Shown here: positions 6,658 through 11,070 of the stretch, piece by piece
How positions within the stretch are numbered: the first letter of the stretch is position 1
Layout of the letters: each line of letters opens with the position of its first letter
From: an uncultured Nitrososphaerota archaeon
GTDB taxonomy: Archaea > Asgardarchaeota > Njordarchaeia > Njordarchaeales > Njordarchaeaceae
Reading direction: 5' to 3'
Length of the DNA: 11,070 nt
NCBI GenBank assembly: GCA_964518475.1
Contig: CAZFGR010000039.1
Coordinates: 1 to 11,070 of the forward strand
Position numbers and translations under genes: made by a program
Notes under the pieces: model-generated
Database searches by the model: none
What the model was told of the DNA's origin: nothing
Seen by the model: the letters and a program-made list of their open reading frames with translations, nothing else

Positions 6658-6882
6658 ATGGGATTCCGGCCTAGAACAAAAAGAGAACAGCTAGCACTAG
6701 CACAAGCAATAGCATTCGTAATAGCAGTAATAATCACAATAATTTACTTTTTATCACCGATCGACATTATTCCTGATGCGATACCCTTAACAGGCTGGAC
6801 AGACGACGTCGGAGTAGGAATCATCAGCTTAATAATCAGCAGCATATTCTCTCGCGCACTAGTCCAAGAACACTTCGAATAA
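6658..6882 (+). CDS. DUF1232 (YkvA-family) small membrane protein
   Basis: Signature YFLSPIDIIPDAIPLTGWTDD between two TM helices; ATG abuts the upstream TAG. Confidence 0.85.
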   Translation: MGFRPRTKREQLALAQAIAFVIAVIITIIYFLSPIDIIPDAIPLTGWTDDVGVGIISLIISSIFSRALVQEHFE

Positions 6883-6884
6883 TC

Positions 6885-6910
6885 CTTTCCCTATTTTTAT
6901 TATTTTTTAT
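6885..6910 (+). terminator. Oligo-T terminator (overlapping a possible TATA box TTTTATAAAA at 6905-6914)
   Basis: CTTTCCCTATTTTTATTATTTTTTAT after the DUF1232 stop, similar to 3110-3137. Confidence 0.6.
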
Positions 6911-6963
6911 AAAAGCCCGAGAGGCCCGAAAGGGCCCGGCAATCTTAATTATAGGTGTTAATA

Positions 6964-7183
6964 ATGGCGAGGAAGAAAAGAGGCATATTCTACGAACCCC
7001 CCTACTATCAAAAATACGCAGAAATAGTGAAAATGGACACACCAGCAAACGCAAGAAAATCAGCAAAACAGTTAATCGAGAAATCTAAGTACAAAAGAGA
7101 AGAGAGAGCTCCGGGAGATCGCAGGAATATATAGACGGGCAATGGAGAAGGTACAACAAATATACCGTAAGAAATTCAAATAA
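6964..7183 (+). pseudogene. Small basic helical protein split by a frameshift or internal deletion near 7081
   Basis: AGGTG RBS; first frame 6964-7134 MARKKRGIFYEPPYYQKYAEIVKMDTPANARKSAKQLIEK...; the +1 frame 7082-7183 continues as the amphipathic helix NLSTKEKRELREIAGIYRRAMEKVQQIYRKKFK*. Confidence 0.5.
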
Positions 7184-7215
7184 CATATATTGCACAACTC
7201 GCCCAGGGTGACTCA

Positions 7216-8049
7216 ATGAAACTACACATACTCCCAATACTAGTCATAACACTCCTAGCCCTGACACCAGCAACAGTACAAGCGAAAACCAATATCCCTA
7301 AGTGGAGCGATATCCTTAAGTGGCTCAAAGAAGGAGACTGGTTCTACTATGAAGTAAATGTAACGTACCATAACTTAGCAACTAATTTAACCGAAAAAAT
7401 TCACAGACAATACAACTTCACCATTAAAGAAATCAGAAATACCACTATTAAGATAGTAAGATATCTAAAACAATTTGATATTGAAACTGGTAGAGGCGAA
7501 GAAGATACTGCGGAACTACTCGTTAATCTTTCTGATCTGAAGCAAGTGGGATTGCTATTTCCATTCTTTACTCCTGTTAATGTTACGCATGGAAATACAC
7601 CATACAAAATTCCAGAGGGAGAATGGGTTAAGATAAACCAGACAGTAATCATAAGGCATATTGAGCTCAAGCTTAAAGAGGGCAAATTAATCATAGAATG
7701 CTCACTAAATGAATCTATCATTCTCAGTTGGTTCGAAGAATGGATTATTCTCGGTAATTACAGTATATATATCGAAATATCTATCCTAAAATTAGGTTTA
7801 GTCACATATTTTGAGATGAACATCACGAGAAACTTCATAAGGAATACTAATGTAAACTCTACAGGATATCTCATAATGAGTGCATCTAATGGTACTTCTC
7901 ATGAGATTGGCATATTAAAAGATACTAATATTGAGTTAACTAAAGAAGAAACCACTGAAGTCACTAAATCATCTGTAAACTACTTGCTTATTATTCCAAT
8001 TCTAATCGCTATACCAGTTAGTGCTCTCTTGGTAAAACGTAAAAAATAA
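7216..8049 (+). CDS. Secreted, C-terminally anchored surface glycoprotein
   Basis: Signal peptide (..ATVQA/K), LKEGDWFYYEV start, many N-x-S/T sequons, T/E linker, TM and KRKK tail; GGGTGA RBS. Confidence 0.85.
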   Translation: MKLHILPILVITLLALTPATVQAKTNIPKWSDILKWLKEGDWFYYEVNVTYHNLATNLTEKIHRQYNFTIKEIRNTTIKIVRYLKQFDIETGRGEEDTAELLVNLSDLKQVGLLFPFFTPVNVTHGNTPYKIPEGEWVKINQTVIIRHIELKLKEGKLIIECSLNESIILSWFEEWIILGNYSIYIEISILKLGLVTYFEMNITRNFIRNTNVNSTGYLIMSASNGTSHEIGILKDTNIELTKEETTEVTKSSVNYLLIIPILIAIPVSALLVKRKK

Positions 8050-8059
8050 GGGTTGCGGT

Positions 8060-11000
8060 ATGAGATCAAAACTCATTCTTGCTCTTTTCCTAATTTTTTT
8101 AGTTGCTAATTCTACGCTGAGTGTTTTGTTTAAGCTTCCTGGTACAGAAAAGTCTCTCGTTTCCAATTCTAGCTCTAATGAAGAAGATAACAATGAAGTG
8201 AAAGTTTCTAGTTCTAACAATGATTTCGCCTTAACGTTGAAGTTTGAGCCTCCACCATCATTCCCTGATGATGGTTATTTCACATACGATACTTATAACC
8301 CAAATACAGAAGCAAGTCTAGTGACATCTTTTGATACAAGCGGATATATTGGAGACACTATTGCAGCAGACGATGCATACTACATTGGTCACATAGATGC
8401 TAACGAGTATGCCTTCTCAGTATCTTCAGACGATAAAATCGATGAGGGATACTGGTATCTTTATTTTAGAGCATCAATACCAGCATCATACCTTGGAACT
8501 ATTAGTGTGAAATACAAAGTAAGGATGACTATAGAGGGCGGAGATGCCCTGCAATTCATCTATACTGATACTTTCGATGCCACAGCAGATTACATAATCA
8601 ACGGACATATTTACTTAGAAATTAAAGCAAAATTCTATGACAAAGCATCATATTGGGAAGGGGAATACTACGATGATTTCGAAATAGATACTTTCGTGTA
8701 TCTGATGAAATGGGATGGGACAAAAGTTCTAGTTGCCAGCCATGATAACGATCCCTATACAATGGGATCTGTTGGCAGTACAGAGGGTACTGATGACTGC
8801 TACTTAATGGTTGACCAAGTCAAGCTCACCACAACTTACTACTACAGCAATGTCATTCCAGAACACACAACAACAGACAACTATGTCCTCCACAAAGTAA
8901 CCTTCGACGTATCCTATGCAGGGACAAAAGTAACATTCCTCAATCTCCCAAGAAACTGGGTATTCTATAATGCCTCACCAGCAATAGACTGGAATGATAC
9001 AGAGAAGAGCTTCTATGCAATAATAGAGGGAACATACACACTATACTTCATCTCATATAACACTTGGAACTATCCACAATACGAGTTATCAAGGGTAGCT
9101 TTCTTCAACAGCAGAGGAGAATTTTTGAACTTCGACAGCTTCCACACATACATTGCTGAATCACCAACGAGGCTGATAAGATACGCACCAGATATCAATG
9201 ATCCCGATTTGGTTGCATGGTTCAGATTCAACGAGGGAGAAGGAAGCGTAACATATGACTGGAAAAATAATCTGCAGGGAATAATTCATGGAGCAACATG
9301 GGTAACAGGATATATTGGGAAAGCACTGAGTTTCGATGGAACAGATGATTATGTAGAAGCAGATGATGTAACACAATACTTTGTAGAGACCGACTTTACA
9401 GTTGAAGCTTGGATTAAATGCACAGATATTTCAGGGACTGATACAATAGTAGGTAGGTATGATTCTTCAGGTAATAATCTATGGGTTTTATGCGTTGATG
9501 GTACTGGTCAAATATACTTCCATCACGGCCCAACCACTACAAATAGACTTTTTAATGCACGTGTTACCAATGAGCAATGGTATCATATAGTCTTCGAGAG
9601 GGAAGGAACAATTTGGAAATTATTCCTGAACGGAAGATTTATTGGATCATATGATCTATCGATACCTGATGAATCGAGCAATGATAGATTCTCAATAGGT
9701 CAGGATTGGGATGGATCAAGTACATCTGATTTCTTCGATGGTTTAATCGACGAAGTCCGCATCTACAAAAGAGCCTTAACCCCCGAGGAAATCTGGTGGC
9801 ATTATTGTATCGTGCTCTATTTTGATGGTTACAGAGATATATTAGGTAGAGAGCCCGATACTGATACTCGTATTAGAATTGTACAGGGAGTATTTGGTTA
9901 TGCCTCAGAATTCGACTATTCGAAGTTAAAGTATGAAGGTGATGATGCTCTAAGGTCATTAGTCGAGATGACTTGTATTGCTATGTTCTACAGGTACGGT
10001 TATAGAAAGACAGGAGCTCACGGTGATGATTATTTCGTTTTATTCGAAAAGACAAGGGAGACATCTAGCGGTACTGAAATAGTTTTCCTAGAAAGTCTTG
10101 GTTCAGTAATTCTGGAGTTCCGCACAGAAGGTTATTGGCACTCAGCATACACTTTCTTCGACATAGAGCATCGTGATAAGGTTTGGACTTTTGTTGCTGG
10201 GTCTATTAGCTATGATGGCCTCATGACAGTATACTATACAAATAAATATGAGGAATCATCAAAAACTGAAGCAACATCTAGAAAAGATTATGCCATGCCA
10301 ACAAGAGATGCTGGATCAGCATTTATTGGTTATACGCATGGGTTTAATAGATACGCATGGGGTTTAATTGATGAGCTTATAGTTCTAAGAGAACCTCTTT
10401 CGCTTGATATGATGAAAAAGCTGTACCATATTGCAGAAAAATACATCGGTGGCTATTACACTGACGAATCTTTCAGGGCAACGTGGGATATAGAACAAGA
10501 TTCACCAGAGGATGGATATGGATTTGCGGAGGATTTTTCAGATATTAGTGAGTGGGATTGGTGGGCGTATCAAAACGCTTATTCTTCACGGAGTGCAACT
10601 ACAGATGGTGATATTCTTACGTTATATGCTGATTTTCCAGCAGATTCATCTTACGGCTTCGTGACTTATGGAGTTGATTTTACTGATTTCGATTTAGCTA
10701 ATTATCCGTTCATTGAAGTACGGTGGAAAGGAGAGACAAATGCCTCAACTTACTTGAGAATTTTCGCTAACATAACAGATGGAGGATCAAACACTTATAA
10801 CTTGTTAATTGTATCGCACACATCTACTTTCGATTGGGAGATTGTTAGAGTTAATTTATACGAATTAGCAAAAGCAAAACAATCATCTTGGTCAGCATGG
10901 TATTTAAGTGGCATTTATTTCGACATCAACGATAATCCAGATGATGTAGCACAATACGGCAAAATTTACGTCGACTGGATACGGATCTATCGGATTGAGG

Positions 11001-11070
11001 GATACAAGCATTATGACTACTATGGGCAAGACTCATCTTACTGGGCTACATCGATTGGTGGAATACTACA
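8060..11070 (+). CDS. Large secreted LamG/concanavalin-A-like jelly-roll protein (putative receptor-binding adhesin), 3'-truncated by window
   Basis: Absent from the ORF track because it has no stop in the window; open for ~1003 codons. Signal peptide MRSKLILALFLIFLVA; LamG at ~9200-9800 (LVAWFRFNEGEG..GKALSFDGTDDYV..FTVEAWIK..WYHIV..FDGLIDEVRIYKRALTPEEI); a second degenerate LamG at ~9810-10430 (WTFVAG..GLIDELIVLREPLS); a CBM-like domain ending YVDWIRIY. Confidence 0.9.
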   Translation, partial: MRSKLILALFLIFLVANSTLSVLFKLPGTEKSLVSNSSSNEEDNNEVKVSSSNNDFALTLKFEPPPSFPDDGYFTYDTYNPNTEASLVTSFDTSGYIGDTIAADDAYYIGHIDANEYAFSVSSDDKIDEGYWYLYFRASIPASYLGTISVKYKVRMTIEGGDALQFIYTDTFDATADYIINGHIYLEIKAKFYDKASYWEGEYYDDFEIDTFVYLMKWDGTKVLVASHDNDPYTMGSVGSTEGTDDCYLMVDQVKLTTTYYYSNVIPEHTTTDNYVLHKVTFDVSYAGTKVTFLNLPRNWVFYNASPAIDWNDTEKSFYAIIEGTYTLYFISYNTWNYPQYELSRVAFFNSRGEFLNFDSFHTYIAESPTRLIRYAPDINDPDLVAWFRFNEGEGSVTYDWKNNLQGIIHGATWVTGYIGKALSFDGTDDYVEADDVTQYFVETDFTVEAWIKCTDISGTDTIVGRYDSSGNNLWVLCVDGTGQIYFHHGPTTTNRLFNARVTNEQWYHIVFEREGTIWKLFLNGRFIGSYDLSIPDESSNDRFSIGQDWDGSSTSDFFDGLIDEVRIYKRALTPEEIWWHYCIVLYFDGYRDILGREPDTDTRIRIVQGVFGYASEFDYSKLKYEGDDALRSLVEMTCIAMFYRYGYRKTGAHGDDYFVLFEKTRETSSGTEIVFLESLGSVILEFRTEGYWHSAYTFFDIEHRDKVWTFVAGSISYDGLMTVYYTNKYEESSKTEATSRKDYAMPTRDAGSAFIGYTHGFNRYAWGLIDELIVLREPLSLDMMKKLYHIAEKYIGGYYTDESFRATWDIEQDSPEDGYGFAEDFSDISEWDWWAYQNAYSSRSATTDGDILTLYADFPADSSYGFVTYGVDFTDFDLANYPFIEVRWKGETNASTYLRIFANITDGGSNTYNLLIVSHTSTFDWEIVRVNLYELAKAKQSSWSAWYLSGIYFDINDNPDDVAQYGKIYVDWIRIYRIEGYKHYDYYGQDSSYWATSIGGIL

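Larger units (their letters stand above)
1..11070. mobile_element. Segment of an archaeal provirus, virus or integrative element
   Basis: Repressor/early-operon switch, two recombinases, counter-defence-like genes, membrane and adhesin module, archaeal promoter/RBS signals; no ends, capsid or replicase visible. Confidence 0.7.

Noticed and set aside
6964-7100. Shared peptides MARKK and LSTKEK between this ORF and the RAMP
   Set aside because: These are short K-rich words with no other alignable sequence; probably coincidence
9002-9024. Partial self-target of unit D (extended with its final AC dinucleotide) in the LamG gene, 12/16 nt
   Set aside because: Matches of this quality are expected by chance in 22 kb of AT-rich sequence (both strands)
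78-9376. Shadow ORFs (78-275, 288-509, 769-1155, 1163-1399, 1392-1625, 1787-1975, 2028-2273, 2646-2861, 4388-4690, 5064-5255, 5994-6323, 6348-6575, 6836-7066, 7401-7721, 8002-8220, 9161-9376)
   Set aside because: They are antisense or alternate-frame to better-supported genes and have no recognisable motifs

Overview
An AT-rich archaeal mobile element, probably a provirus, virus or integrative element of a thermophile (GGTGA/GAGGTG RBSs, BRE-TATA promoters, oligo-T terminators, no housekeeping genes). Left to right it carries a solo IS607-type serine recombinase (no tnpB follows), an HTH repressor divergent from a translationally coupled early operon, and an RHH regulator plus a stand-alone Cas7/Csm3-like RAMP gene (2536-3108) ending that operon. 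The RAMP gene is followed directly by a ~270-nt non-coding array with strict 5-nt periodicity ([A/C/G]C-N-NN, C fixed in 51 of 52 pentamers) broken into ~6 blocks of 39-57 nt. Next come a 22-aa micro-ORF, a divergent DUF1874/AcrIII-1-like gene, a catalytic-domain-only tyrosine recombinase with a dif-like site upstream, and a module of secreted or membrane proteins ending in a >1000-aa LamG protein that runs off the window. The highlight is the orphan RAMP plus pentamer array. It is not a CRISPR array and looks like a minimal RNA-guided system of the VIPR type, but its scaffold (WGT/NN on the minus strand, ACW/NN on plus) differs from GGY/NN. All family calls come from motif recognition by eye; no searches were run.
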